Shown here piece after piece: positions 25,741 to 35,515 of a DNA stretch of 59,298 bases. A model generated the notes under the pieces. It searched no databases and had not been told where the DNA came from. It saw nothing but the letters and a program-made list of their open reading frames with translations. Made by a program: the position numbers and the translations under genes. The number at the start of each line of letters is the position of its first letter. The first letter of the stretch is position 1. The stretch is from a candidate division Zixibacteria bacterium SM1_73 (lineage in GTDB: Bacteria; Zixibacteria; MSB-5A5; SM1-73), in the NCBI GenBank assembly GCA_001304225.1, contig LJVD01000001.1, forward strand, positions 1 to 59,298, in the 5' to 3' direction.

Positions 25741-26988
25741 CTAGTCTCGAATTATCTTTCCCTCTGTCAGTTTGGGGAAGACGCTAGTTATCTTGACCTT
25801 GACTTCATTACGCTCATCGGCTAAAGAAGCCGGCACGTGAACCTTGATATAATTATTTGTCAGGACTTGGGCATGATCTTTACCCTTCTTGATCACAATG
25901 CCCTTGAACTCTCTGCCGAGACACTGCTTCCGGAAGGCAAAATTCTTCACTCCTGCTAAATTTCTTAACCGGGCCGCTCTCTTCTTTTTGACCTTAGGAT
26001 CCACTTGAGACCAGGAAGCGGCTTCTGTTAAAGGACGCGGAGAATAGGCAAAGACATGGAAGTAGGTGAGTGGCGAATAAGCCAAGAAATCACAGGTCGA
26101 CTCAAAATCTTCCTCACTCTCTCCAGGAAAACCCACGATGATATCCGTGCCCAGGGCAGCGAAGGGATCATGATCCCGAAGATGGGCCAGGATTCTGTTG
26201 AAATCACAGCATCTGATCTTTCTCCCCATCCGAGCCAGAATCCGGTCCGACCCGGATTGCAAGGAGAGGTGGAGGTGGGGACATATCTTTTCGCTTTTGG
26301 CAATGTGTTCCAGGAGCGGCAGACTCAAGTACCTCGGATCGAGCGAACTCAGCCTCAGCCAGGTTAATCCCTCGAGGTTTTCAATCTCTTCTAAAAGATC
26401 TAAAAGAGAAGAGGGAGGATTGAGGTCGTGGCCGTACGAGCAGAGATGGATCCCGGTCAACACGATTTCCTTGAATCCCTGGTCGATGTACTTCCTGATT
26501 CGGGAGAGGACCTCTGCCTGGGCGATGCTTCGGCTCTGCCCTCTGACCCAGGGGATGATGCAGAACGTGCACCGAAAATCACATCCGTCCTGGATCTTGA
26601 CCAAGGCCCGAGACCGGAAGGGAAGAGGAGACACGGATTCTCCTTGGCTTGCGATGGTAGACACATGGGAAACGATTCTGTGTTTTTCCTCGTTCGGGAA
26701 AACCTTCCAGACCTGGGGAAGATCTTTAAATTCCTCAGGGCTCCTCTGGGCATAACACCCCGTCACCACCAACCGCGCTTTTGGGTTCTCCCGGGTAACA
26801 GCCCTGATGAACTTCCTCGCATCCCTATCCGCATTCCTAGTCAAGGTGCAGGTGTTCATCAGGACCAGATCACTCCGCAAACAGTCTCTCTCGAAGCGCC
26901 ACCCCTGATTCTGGAGCTCATCTGCCCAAAGAAAAGCCTCGGCTTGGTTGACCCGACAGCCGAAGGTCTGGATGGAGAAGGATCTCAT
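25741..26988 (-). CDS. mtaB: Radical-SAM methylthiotransferase, MtaB-like (MiaB/RimO family)
   Basis: N-terminal UPF0004 domain (FSIQTFGCRVNQAEA), radical-SAM cluster motif CDFRCTFCIIPWVRG, and a C-terminal TRAM-like segment. 415 aa. Confidence 0.85.
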   Translation of the reverse strand: MRSFSIQTFGCRVNQAEAFLWADELQNQGWRFERDCLRSDLVLMNTCTLTRNADRDARKFIRAVTRENPKARLVVTGCYAQRSPEEFKDLPQVWKVFPNEEKHRIVSHVSTIASQGESVSPLPFRSRALVKIQDGCDFRCTFCIIPWVRGQSRSIAQAEVLSRIRKYIDQGFKEIVLTGIHLCSYGHDLNPPSSLLDLLEEIENLEGLTWLRLSSLDPRYLSLPLLEHIAKSEKICPHLHLSLQSGSDRILARMGRKIRCCDFNRILAHLRDHDPFAALGTDIIVGFPGESEEDFESTCDFLAYSPLTYFHVFAYSPRPLTEAASWSQVDPKVKKKRAARLRNLAGVKNFAFRKQCLGREFKGIVIKKGKDHAQVLTNNYIKVHVPASLADERNEVKVKITSVFPKLTEGKIIRD

Positions 26989-27482
26989 AGATTTTTCTTG
27001 ACCTTTTGGGACTTCTTTTCGACTTGGGCAGCCAATTTCTTCTTGTAGGCCTTGAACTTTTTCTTCAGTCCGCTGTCTTTTAGGGCGAGAATCTGGACAA
27101 CCAAAAAAGCTGCATTCGCCGCTCCTGACTTGCCCAGTCCCATCGTGGCCACCGGGACACCTTTGGGCATCTGGACAGTCGAGAGAAGGGCGTCCAGCCC
27201 TCCCAGCTCGAAGTTCTCCACAGGAACACCGATGACCGGTCGATCCGTCTGAGAGGCCACAGCCCCCGCCAGATGGGCTGCCTTCCCGGCCACGGCGATG
27301 AACACTTCTGCCCCCTTCTGCTCGAAATCCTTGACAAGCCTTACCGTCCTCTCTGGAGACCGGTGGGCCGAGGTCACTTCCAGGGCAAACTCCACCTTGA
27401 ATTCCTGAAAAATCTTTATGGCCTCTTGGACCACTTCATAATCCGAATCACTCCCGATAAGAACCGCTACTCTCATATCCAC
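26985..27482 (-). CDS. purE: 5-(carboxyamino)imidazole ribonucleotide mutase PurE
   Basis: VAVLIGSDSDYEVVQEA...EVTSAHRSPERT...FIAVAGKAAHLAGAVASQTDRPVIGVPV is the PurE signature. It has a Lys-rich C-terminal tail and a 4-nt overlap with mtaB. Confidence 0.95.
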   Translation of the reverse strand: MDMRVAVLIGSDSDYEVVQEAIKIFQEFKVEFALEVTSAHRSPERTVRLVKDFEQKGAEVFIAVAGKAAHLAGAVASQTDRPVIGVPVENFELGGLDALLSTVQMPKGVPVATMGLGKSGAANAAFLVVQILALKDSGLKKKFKAYKKKLAAQVEKKSQKVKKNL

Positions 27483-28753
27483 TCCTCCTTTTCGACTCCG
27501 ATGTCCCGCCGAAAATGCATCGCCTCAAAATAGATCTTAAAAATCGTCCTGTAGATCTTCTTCATGGTCTCAGCCAGGGTTTTCTCGGAAGCGCAGACCC
27601 CCAGCACCCTGCCGCCGGCTGTATAGTACTCGTTATCTCTGAATTCTGTGCCGGCATGAAAGATGGTGATCCCCTTGGCTCCGGAGGCCTCCTTCAGACC
27701 CTCGATGCGTTTTCCTTTCTCATACTTAAGAGGATAGCCACCAGAGGCTAAGATGACACACCCAGCGGGATTCTGACTCCATTTTATCTGTGCCTCCAGC
27801 ACCTTTCCTTCCAGTGCAGCCAAAATCACATCGACCAAGTCACTCACCATTCTCAACACTTGGGGTTGAGTCTCGGGGTCTCCGAAGCGGCAGTTGTATT
27901 CCAAAACCTTGGGCCCTTCTTCAGTGAGCATCAAACCCACGTACAGCACTCCTTTGTATTTTCTTCCTTCCTCGAGCATCCTGGTTATGGTCGGAAAAAC
28001 GATGGTCTCCATGATGTCATCGAAGAGCTCCTCGTCTACGAAAGGAGAAGGGGAGATCGCTCCCATCCCTCCAGTGTTGGGGCCTTTATCTCCATCATAG
28101 ATAGGTTTGTGGTCCATCGTCGTCACCAGAGGCAGAACTTTCACACCATCGGAAATAGCGATAAACGAAGCCTCAAACCCTCTCAGGAATTCCTCGACGA
28201 TCACCCTCTTGCCGGCATCTCCGAACACCTTGTCCACCATGATGGATTTTATGGCCTCATCTGCCTTGTTGACGTTCCGGCAGATGATGACACCTTTACC
28301 GGCTGCCAGTCCATCGGCCTTGATAACCAGGGGATAGGAAAACTCTCCAGATTCCAGAATTTTTTTCGCCTGATCTGGGGATTCAGCCAGCTTAAACCGG
28401 CTGGTGGGAATCTTATGGCGGTCCATGAATTGTTTAGCAAACACCTTACTTCCTTCGAGCTGGGCGGCATTCTTGTCCGGACCGAAGATTTTCAGCCCCC
28501 TCTCCTCGAACTCATCCACAATCCCCATCGTCAGCGGAAGCTCAGGCCCAACGATGGTCAAATCGATTTTTTCCTGCCCGGCAAAATGACTGAGGCCTTT
28601 AAGATCGGTAGCACCGAGGGGGATGTTTTCCGCAACAGCCATGGTCCCCGCGTTTCCAGGGGCGCAGAAGATTTTTTTCACCTTTGGACTCTGGGCCACT
28701 TTCCACGCCAGAGCATGCTCTCTTCCACCAGAGCCAATGACTAATACCTTCAT
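27473..28753 (-). CDS. purD: Phosphoribosylamine--glycine ligase PurD
   Basis: MKVLVIGSGGREHALAWK...APGNAG...VIKADGLAAGKGV...EEFL-G-E-S...NTGGMG...CRFGDPE are canonical PurD motifs. Confidence 0.95.
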   Translation of the reverse strand: MKVLVIGSGGREHALAWKVAQSPKVKKIFCAPGNAGTMAVAENIPLGATDLKGLSHFAGQEKIDLTIVGPELPLTMGIVDEFEERGLKIFGPDKNAAQLEGSKVFAKQFMDRHKIPTSRFKLAESPDQAKKILESGEFSYPLVIKADGLAAGKGVIICRNVNKADEAIKSIMVDKVFGDAGKRVIVEEFLRGFEASFIAISDGVKVLPLVTTMDHKPIYDGDKGPNTGGMGAISPSPFVDEELFDDIMETIVFPTITRMLEEGRKYKGVLYVGLMLTEEGPKVLEYNCRFGDPETQPQVLRMVSDLVDVILAALEGKVLEAQIKWSQNPAGCVILASGGYPLKYEKGKRIEGLKEASGAKGITIFHAGTEFRDNEYYTAGGRVLGVCASEKTLAETMKKIYRTIFKIYFEAMHFRRDIGVEKEEWI

Positions 28754-28812
28754 CTTCTCTTCACCTTTTTTTGAATCATTCTGACAAAAAAGGATGACCG
28801 CGTCAATGATGC

Positions 28813-30252
28813 CTACTTCAAGTTCTGTTCAAGGTTCTGGATGAATTGGTCTGGAAAACCAGAGTAGGGAAAGACGCTCGCCATGATTTTTGCCGCAAAA
28901 GAAACCCCCGTCTCCCGGGGAAGACAGAACTGCATCTCGAGGAAGTTCTGGCGTAACTTTTTCACTTCCTCCCGGCATTCCTTGTTCTTGATGATGACAT
29001 CCGCTATATAGCCCGAAAGGAGATCAAAATCAGCCTCCTTCATCCCGAACCTCGTCATCTCCTGGACTCCCATCCGGATTCCGCTGGGATCCAGGAAGGT
29101 CTCATCATCCGGGAGAGCTTGGTAATTAGCAACAATATTGTTTTCCTCCAGCCTCCGCGCGATCTCCATCCCATGGCCGTAAGCCTTAATCCGGATGATA
29201 ACCTGATGAGTCTGAGTAAAACCATCCTGCTCGTCCCCCTCCACCGGAACGCCCTTGTCAGACAGGGCCCGGGCGAAGGCTTTGGCGTTTCTCCGGACCT
29301 GGGATTGATAGTCCTGTTTAAACTCATTCATTTCGTAGGCGGCCATCAGAAGAGCGAGGAGTGTTCCCAGGTGATGGTTGCTGGTCGAGCCGGGGAAGGC
29401 CCTTCCCTCGATATCCAGCCAGAGTTTTCGCAGCGGGCTTCCTTTGGGGAAATTGCCCGCCACAACCCCCCGCTGAGGACCGAAGAAGGTTTTATGGGTA
29501 CTCCCGGTGATGACATCGGCCCCCTCCTCGAGAGGCTTCTGGAAGGCTCCATACAGCCCCAAGACATGGGCCATGTCATACATGATGACCGGCCGCGCCT
29601 CCCAATCTTTGACGACTTCTGAAATAAACTCGACCGGCTCCTCGTAGATGAACATACTCTTGCCAAACACAACCAGCTCGGGTTTATGGGTCCTCAAGAG
29701 CTCTTCCAGCTTCTTTCGGTCTGTCTTGTAGGGATTATCACCAGAAACAGGAAAATTGATGACGTTTTCCTTTCCCGTCTCTGGGTCCTCAGCCACATAA
29801 TTGAAAAGAGCGCCCATGGGCTGGGAGCTGAGGTGCCCGCCTTTGGTCAGGGCGTTGTTCATGACCAGAGTCATCTTGCGCATCGGGGTGCCCTCGGGGC
29901 GCTCGCGGTTGAGAAAACGGACCATGCCTTTGAAGACCACTTCGTTGGCCATCTGGCCGCTGATCGTCCTCAGTTCCACCTCTGAACACCCTAAAAAGCT
30001 CCGCATTTCCTCCCGAAGTTCCTCTTCGACATCCCGGATGAAATCTGTCCCTTGATAAAAGTAAATCTCTTCTCCCTTCATCGTCCTGTGCTCGGCATAC
30101 CGGCCGGACGGGTCGGAAATCTCACACATCTTGACGAGAAGGGAGGGCGTCGTTTCGGAGGGGATGAGGTTAATGCATTCCCTCTGCCTCCAAGTATTAT
30201 TTTTTTCGATTCTTCCGGATAAAAAATGGATTTTTTCTTCTAATGTCATCAT
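28813..30252 (-). CDS. Serine hydroxymethyltransferase-family PLP enzyme (divergent, 479 aa)
   Basis: INLIPSETTPS (compare LELIASENF-S), AEHRTMKGEEIYFYQG, and the PLP-lysine motif TGSTHKTFFGPQRG. It is longer and more divergent than typical bacterial GlyA. Confidence 0.75.
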   Translation of the reverse strand: MMTLEEKIHFLSGRIEKNNTWRQRECINLIPSETTPSLLVKMCEISDPSGRYAEHRTMKGEEIYFYQGTDFIRDVEEELREEMRSFLGCSEVELRTISGQMANEVVFKGMVRFLNRERPEGTPMRKMTLVMNNALTKGGHLSSQPMGALFNYVAEDPETGKENVINFPVSGDNPYKTDRKKLEELLRTHKPELVVFGKSMFIYEEPVEFISEVVKDWEARPVIMYDMAHVLGLYGAFQKPLEEGADVITGSTHKTFFGPQRGVVAGNFPKGSPLRKLWLDIEGRAFPGSTSNHHLGTLLALLMAAYEMNEFKQDYQSQVRRNAKAFARALSDKGVPVEGDEQDGFTQTHQVIIRIKAYGHGMEIARRLEENNIVANYQALPDDETFLDPSGIRMGVQEMTRFGMKEADFDLLSGYIADVIIKNKECREEVKKLRQNFLEMQFCLPRETGVSFAAKIMASVFPYSGFPDQFIQNLEQNLK

Positions 30253-30263
30253 CTTTGGCTCCT

Positions 30264-30719
30264 TTATCTCGATTTAAAATTCTTTTCTTCGATTTCTAAA
30301 ATCTTGTCCAGTCTATTTTGATGCCTTCCGCCTTCAAACTCTGTTTCCAGCCAGATGCGGACAACACTTAAGGCCTCATCCAAGGGGATGACCCTTCCCC
30401 CCAATGTTAAGCAGTTAGAATCATTATGCCTGCGGCTTACTTCGGCTGTGTATTCATCGACACAGGGAGTGGCTCTTATGGTCCTGTGCTTGTTGGCGAC
30501 AATAGCCATACCCAGTCCTGTGCCGCAGATAAGGATAGCGCGGTCATAATCCTTCTCCAAAACCTGTTCGATGGCCTTCTCCGCATAATCCACATAATCC
30601 ACTCTTTCCTCTGGTCCACAGCCAAAGTCCCCATGATCGATTCCGTTTTTAGAGAGGTAGGATATGATTCCTTTTTTGAGTTCATACCCCGCATGATCGG
30701 AGGCGAGAGCGATTTTCAT
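30264..30719 (-). CDS. rpiB: Ribose-5-phosphate isomerase B
   Basis: MKIALASDHAGYELK...GILICGTGLGMAIVANK...RHNDSNCLTLGGR. The ATG at 30719 is preceded by AAAGGAG, so the longer track ORF (to 30815) is probably an over-extension. Confidence 0.9.
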   Translation of the reverse strand: MKIALASDHAGYELKKGIISYLSKNGIDHGDFGCGPEERVDYVDYAEKAIEQVLEKDYDRAILICGTGLGMAIVANKHRTIRATPCVDEYTAEVSRRHNDSNCLTLGGRVIPLDEALSVVRIWLETEFEGGRHQNRLDKILEIEEKNFKSR

Positions 30720-30835
30720 GATAAGTCTCCTTTCCTTTGGAATCATTATACAGGAAGCCTTAGGCTGAAAAAAAGTTGAAATCGGGTGTTTTTCTTTGTT
30801 GAGAAAGTTTGGCAATAGTATGAGAGGGGGATATT

Positions 30836-32404
30836 TTAAGGAGCGCGGTCGTTGACGAGTCCTTCTGCCTCGGGCAAAACCTCGACGGCCTTCAAGACAA
30901 CCGGATCTTTCTTTCTGTAGACTCTGGTTCCTTCCTCCATTCCCCAGATAACAGAAACTATCTCTCTGGCCAATTCTCTTTTAATTTCTTCTTGGGCCTC
31001 TTCAAATTGAGGACTATCGAATTCGATCTTTTTCTCTTCAAGATAAGCCTTAAAATCTTCAAGGAATCGGCTGTCTGGATAGAAGTTCGGCTGGAGAGGG
31101 GCGAGTTTTTCTTCTCCTGGGACTGTCTTTTCGTCGGGAAACTTGAATTTTTTTGATAGAGGCGTCTTTTTATTGGCGAACCGGGTGGCGTAGGTGAAGA
31201 AGGCTCCTCTCGCAAACAGACTGGCTGTAATATTCTTGGGGGAAAAGGAAACAAGATAGTCAGGCGTAATCCCCCCCTGACCGAACACCTTTCTCCCTTT
31301 TGAGGTGAATTTCACTTCCCTTCCTTCATCAGGGACCTGCCGGCTGAACAGGTAATCCTCGAGGGAAGTGTAATCTCTCTGGATCGACCGGCCACTTGGG
31401 GTGAAATACTTGGCTGTCGTCAGGGCGACAGCAAGGTCGGGGGCCAACGGAAAAACGGTCTGTACGAGACCCTTTCCCCAAGAATCCTCACCAATGATGA
31501 TACCTCTGTCGTTATCTTTGATGGCTCCGCTCAAGATTTCAGGGGCGCTGGCACTGCCGCGGTTGATCAGGATGACCAGAGGGATTTCCTCATACTGGTT
31601 ATTACGCATGGCACTGAATTGCTTGTTGTAATACTTGTTCCTTCCCTTGATGGAAACAACTGTCGCCCCTTTCGGCAGGAATTCATCTGAGAGTTCGATG
31701 GACTGCACGAAGGTCCCGCCTCCATTGCCCCTTAGATCAAGGATGAGTTTTTTCATCCCTTGTTGGACCAAAGCTTCCATCTTTTCTTCGAATTCCCGCG
31801 TGGTGGTTGAAGAAAAATTGCGGATGAAAATATACCCTATGTCATCTTGGAGGATGAAGGAATAGGGAACGCTATAAAGAGAAATCTCTTCCCTAACAAT
31901 GGCCACATCGAAAGGGTCCTCCAACCCGTCCCTCACGATTGTGATCGTCACTTTAGTCCCCTTCGGTCCCCGGAGCTTCTGCATGGCGTCATAGCTGGAT
32001 ATGGGCTTCGTGCTTTCCCCCTCGATCTGAGAGATGACGTCCCCGGCTTGGATGCCTAATCGGTAAGCGGGCCCTCCCTCGATAGGGGAGACGACGACCA
32101 GCCGGTCTTCCTGTTTAGTGATCAGGATTCCCAATCCGTAATACTTACCGACATGTTCCTCCCGCAAGCGAGAAAAATGATTTGGGTCGAGGAAGTAGGA
32201 ATGAGGATCAAGCGTCTGGATCATTCCTCTGATGGAGGAATACATAAGCTCATCGCGATTGGTCTGCTGGTAATAATTCTCCTCGATCAGGGTCATGATC
32301 GAAGCCAGCTTTTTTACGGAGACGCGCCAGACATCTTCCTCCTGAGCCCGAAGAGTGATAAGGATCAAGGTCATGAGGGTGAAGATAAAAATTTTCCTTT
32401 TCAT
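30836..32404 (-). CDS. S41-family carboxy-terminal processing peptidase
   Basis: Signal peptide, then a PDZ segment ([35 protein letters not shown]) and the S41 catalytic region ([11 protein letters not shown]...[15 protein letters not shown]). Confidence 0.9.
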   Translation of the reverse strand: MKRKIFIFTLMTLILITLRAQEEDVWRVSVKKLASIMTLIEENYYQQTNRDELMYSSIRGMIQTLDPHSYFLDPNHFSRLREEHVGKYYGLGILITKQEDRLVVVSPIEGGPAYRLGIQAGDVISQIEGESTKPISSYDAMQKLRGPKGTKVTITIVRDGLEDPFDVAIVREEISLYSVPYSFILQDDIGYIFIRNFSSTTTREFEEKMEALVQQGMKKLILDLRGNGGGTFVQSIELSDEFLPKGATVVSIKGRNKYYNKQFSAMRNNQYEEIPLVILINRGSASAPEILSGAIKDNDRGIIIGEDSWGKGLVQTVFPLAPDLAVALTTAKYFTPSGRSIQRDYTSLEDYLFSRQVPDEGREVKFTSKGRKVFGQGGITPDYLVSFSPKNITASLFARGAFFTYATRFANKKTPLSKKFKFPDEKTVPGEEKLAPLQPNFYPDSRFLEDFKAYLEEKKIEFDSPQFEEAQEEIKRELAREIVSVIWGMEEGTRVYRKKDPVVLKAVEVLPEAEGLVNDRAP

Positions 32405-32549
32405 TTTGGCGACTTCACATATTACCAGACCCTTCTGGGATTGTAAAGATCACGCAGGCAGTCAATTTTTGGGGACGGGCAGGAAGGAATTCTTGACTTA
32501 TGGCCGCTTAAAGGCTATATTTTCTACTGCCTTTTCTCGAGAAATAAGA

Positions 32550-32795
32550 ATGTTCGGCAACATCGGATTTCCTGAATTACTCATCATCCTGGCTATCGCT
32601 CTTCTCATTTTTGGCCCAAAAAAGCTGCCCGAAGTCGGGCGCTCCATAGGCAGGGCACTCAGAGAATTCCGAAGAACTTCGGACGAAATCAAGGAGAAGA
32701 TCGAAGAAGAAATCCAAACCGAAGAATTTAAAGAGATCAAACGAGATATCGAAAGGGACCTGGAAGAGAATGAGGAAGGGAAAAAAGTCCCCTGA
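32550..32795 (+). CDS. tatA: Twin-arginine translocase subunit TatA/E
   Basis: [42 protein letters not shown] is the canonical TatA N-terminus. The longer track ORF (from 32355) is an upstream over-extension. Confidence 0.85.
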   Translation: MFGNIGFPELLIILAIALLIFGPKKLPEVGRSIGRALREFRRTSDEIKEKIEEEIQTEEFKEIKRDIERDLEENEEGKKVP

Positions 32796-33543
32796 CGAGA
32801 TGACCTTCCTCGAACATCTCGAAGACCTCCGGAAAAGAATCTTCTACTCCTTCCTCGCCATCGTCATCGCCGTCATCCCGGCCTGGTTCTTCAGTAAAGA
32901 GATCTACAATATCCTGGCCCGGCCTGTTACTCAGTACCTCCCCGCTGACACAAAGCTCGTCTTTACCCACCTCACTGCTCCCTTCATGCTGTACATCAAG
33001 GTCTCGTTCCTGGCCGCTATCCTGCTTACCTCTCCGTTCATCTTCCTGCAGTTGTGGTTCTTCGTTGCGCCGGGGCTCTACAAGAAGGAAAAGAAATATG
33101 TCTATCCTTTCGTGATTTTTACGACTTTCTTTTTTCTCCTGGGAGCGGCCTTTGGCTATTTCGTAGCCTTTCCGTTTGCCTGTAACTTTTTTCTGAAGAT
33201 GGGAAGCGAATTCCAGCCCATGATCACGATCGACCAGTATTTCAGCCTGGCCCTCAGGCTGCTCATCGGGATCGCTCTGGTCTTTGAAATGCCGACGCTT
33301 ATCTTCTTCCTCTCTAGGATGGGACTGGTCACCTCGCGGTGGATGGTCAAAAACTTCAAGTATGCGGTGCTCGTTGTCTTCATCATCGCCGCCATCATCA
33401 CCCCCAGTCCGGATATCATCAACCAGAGCATCCTGGCTGTCCCCATGCTGGCTCTGTACGGAATAAGCATATTGATTGCTTTTGTCTTCGGGGAAAAAAG
33501 GGGCAAAGAAAAAACAGAATCAGAGGAAGATCTTGCGGGATAA
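32770..33543 (+). CDS. tatC: Twin-arginine translocase subunit TatC
   Basis: [14 protein letters not shown]..., six hydrophobic segments, ...FFLSRMGLV. The start is either 32770 (overlapping tatA) or, perhaps more likely, the ATG at 32800 (MTFLEHL). Confidence 0.9.
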   Translation: MRKGKKSPDEMTFLEHLEDLRKRIFYSFLAIVIAVIPAWFFSKEIYNILARPVTQYLPADTKLVFTHLTAPFMLYIKVSFLAAILLTSPFIFLQLWFFVAPGLYKKEKKYVYPFVIFTTFFFLLGAAFGYFVAFPFACNFFLKMGSEFQPMITIDQYFSLALRLLIGIALVFEMPTLIFFLSRMGLVTSRWMVKNFKYAVLVVFIIAAIITPSPDIINQSILAVPMLALYGISILIAFVFGEKRGKEKTESEEDLAG

Positions 33544-33576
33544 GATGAAAATGGGCCGGCTTAGCATTCATGAGAG

Positions 33577-34116
33577 ATGAAGAAAAAAGTGAGATTGATC
33601 GGCCTGACAGGGACAAACAGCGCAGGAAAAGGAGAGGCCGCAGCCTATTTTCAGAAGAGAGGATATGCTTACGTCTCTCTCTCCGACGTGATTCGCGATG
33701 AACTCGAAAAAGACGGAATTCCGATAACCCGAGACAACCTGATCCGGAAGGGAAATGAGATGCGGGAGACACAGGGAGCAGATGTGTTGGCCCGTCTGGT
33801 CACGAGGAAAATCAAGGGGAAAACCGTGGTGGACAGCATCCGGAATCCCCAAGAAGTGGAGTTCTTGCGGGGATATGGTGATTTGATCCTTCTCGCCATC
33901 GATGCTCCAGTCGAATTGAGGTTTGTGCGAGCCAAAAAGAGAGGAAGAGAAGAATCCGCGTCCACTCTTCAGGAATTCATCGCCAAGGAAGCCGAAGAGA
34001 TAACCGACCTCTTGACAGGACAGCAGCTGAGCCACTGCATCCAGCTGGCAGATTTCAAAATCTACAACGACAGCACTCTGGAAAACCTGTCCAAAAAACT
34101 GGAGGAATTTGTGTGA
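33577..34116 (+). CDS. P-loop nucleotide/nucleoside kinase-like protein (UPF0200 / dephospho-CoA-kinase-like fold)
   Basis: 179 aa. P-loop LIGLTGTNSAGKGEAA, then VSLSDVIRDEL...RDNLIRKGNEMR...VVDSIRNPQEVEFLR, an adenylate-kinase-like layout. Its stop overlaps the start of the downstream deaminase (GTGA). Confidence 0.6.
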   Translation: MKKKVRLIGLTGTNSAGKGEAAAYFQKRGYAYVSLSDVIRDELEKDGIPITRDNLIRKGNEMRETQGADVLARLVTRKIKGKTVVDSIRNPQEVEFLRGYGDLILLAIDAPVELRFVRAKKRGREESASTLQEFIAKEAEEITDLLTGQQLSHCIQLADFKIYNDSTLENLSKKLEEFV

Positions 34117-34622
34117 ATAAGAAAAGAACTTCCAAGGATGAGTATTATCTGAGTATCGCCAAAGAGGTGGCTTTGCGGAGCACCTGCTTCCGCCGCTCCA
34201 TAGGGGCCATCATCATCCGGGACGATCAGATCATCTCCACGGGGTATGTCGGAGCCCCGAGAAAGACCAAAGACAGCTTGGAACACGGCTTCTGCCTCCG
34301 AGATAAACTGAACATCCCCCACGGACAGAGATACGAGCTCTGCCGCAGTGTCCATGCCGAACAAAACGCCATAATCAACGCCGCTCGCGCTGGCGTCAGC
34401 CTCCTCGGGGGAGATATGTATATTTATGGCAGTGTCCATAAAGACAAGACTCCCATCAATGCCTTCCCCTGTTTTATCTGTAAAAAAATGATCATCAATG
34501 CTGGTCTCAACCGCGTTATCTGCTCGACCAAAGACGGGAAGATGAAAATCTTCAAGATTACCGACTGGATTGAGGACTGGCAGAAGGGAGACATTATTGA
34601 CGACAAGAGTCAATACGGTTAA
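34113..34622 (+). CDS. dCMP/CMP deaminase zinc-binding family protein
   Basis: DEYYLSIAKEVALRSTC...GYVGAP...SVHAEQNAIINAA...PCFICKKMIINAGL gives the H-A-E ... P-C-x-x-C zinc deaminase motifs. GTG start at 34113 overlaps the upstream stop by 4 nt. Confidence 0.85.
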   Translation: MNKKRTSKDEYYLSIAKEVALRSTCFRRSIGAIIIRDDQIISTGYVGAPRKTKDSLEHGFCLRDKLNIPHGQRYELCRSVHAEQNAIINAARAGVSLLGGDMYIYGSVHKDKTPINAFPCFICKKMIINAGLNRVICSTKDGKMKIFKITDWIEDWQKGDIIDDKSQYG

Positions 34623-34661
34623 CAAAAGAGAGCCGGTCCTTAGGATGGAAAGCCGACAAAA

Positions 34662-34857
34662 CTATTGCGAACGTAATAAATGATGTGAGAATCTATAGTC
34701 GGCGCTGGGGCCGCCCAAGCCTCCGAACCCCGGGGAACCAGTCCCGTCGGTTCCCCCCGTCGGAAAAGCCGACGGGGCCCCCCTCCGCTACGGGGGCTTG
34801 AGGGCGGCCTCAGTGCCGACCAATAGATTGCTACATCATTTTATACGTTCGTAATAG
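34662..34857 (-). repeat. MITE-like structured repeat, copy B (complete, inverted relative to copy A)
   Basis: The ~42-nt arms CTATTGCGAACGTAATAAATGATGTGAGAATCTATAGTCGGC (34662-) and GCCGACCAATAGATTGCTACATCATTTTATACGTTCGTAATAG (-34857) are ~85% complementary. The GC-rich core is the reverse complement of copy A with a few substitutions/indels. Confidence 0.8.
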
Positions 34858-34982
34858 ATTATAAAAAGGTTTGAGACGGAGGTTGGGCTAAGGCAGGTGG
34901 GAGTGGGGTCTTTAATGGTCTTATCATCCTGAAGATTCCTTGCAATATAAGGCGGCCTCTTACGTCTTCATTGATGTGAGAG

Positions 34983-35495
34983 ATGAAGAACAGGAAAGGA
35001 ACGGTGAACAAGATAGCGGAATTTTTCCAGACTGAATACCAGAGATTGGTCCGGTATGTCAGATTGTTGATCGAGGACACAGCCGAGCGGGACGCCGAGG
35101 ATGTCGTCCAAGATGTCATGCTGAGTTTCTTCGATAGAGCACATTTCACCATCCCGATTGAAAACCTCACCGCTTACATTTACCAATCTCTGCGCAACCG
35201 TGTCGTTGACCTTCTCCGGAAACGAAAAAAACGGACGATATCCCTTTCCGATGTAATCCGCGATACTCGCTACGACACGGTTAGAGAGATCGAGAGGAGA
35301 GAAATTCGGAGAAGGGTCTACCAAGCTCTCGACTCTCTGAGCGAAGAGCAAAGAGCTGTCATCATCGCCACTGAATTCGATGATCGGCCTTTCCGTGAGC
35401 TCTCTGAGGAGTGGGGCATCCCTATCGGGACTCTGCTTGCCAGAAAATCACGGGCTTTACATAAGATTAGAGAAAAGCTAACCGGGTTAGTTTAA
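34983..35495 (+). CDS. ECF-type RNA polymerase sigma-70 factor
   Basis: 170 aa. Region 2 (DAEDVVQDVMLSFF) and region 4 (LDSLSEEQRAVIIATEFDDRPFRELSEEWGIPIGTLLARKSRALHKIR). Confidence 0.85.
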   Translation: MKNRKGTVNKIAEFFQTEYQRLVRYVRLLIEDTAERDAEDVVQDVMLSFFDRAHFTIPIENLTAYIYQSLRNRVVDLLRKRKKRTISLSDVIRDTRYDTVREIERREIRRRVYQALDSLSEEQRAVIIATEFDDRPFRELSEEWGIPIGTLLARKSRALHKIREKLTGLV

Positions 35496-35515
35496 TCTGA
35501 TAAAAGGAGGAAAAA

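Noticed and set aside
25584-25787. 67-aa ORF MPPSSPRSGGGPPSAYPTGGTDGTG...
   Set aside because: It is simply the translation of the GC-rich repeat core, and the same sequence occurs inverted at 34.7 kb. It has no RBS and low-complexity composition.
27860-28744. 294-aa ORF antisense to purD (similarly 49034-49864 antisense to sfsA, 53876-54559 antisense to the metallopeptidase, 42391-42978 antisense to the accA/hisS junction)
   Set aside because: The opposite strands encode unmistakable conserved enzymes. The antisense translations have no recognisable motifs.
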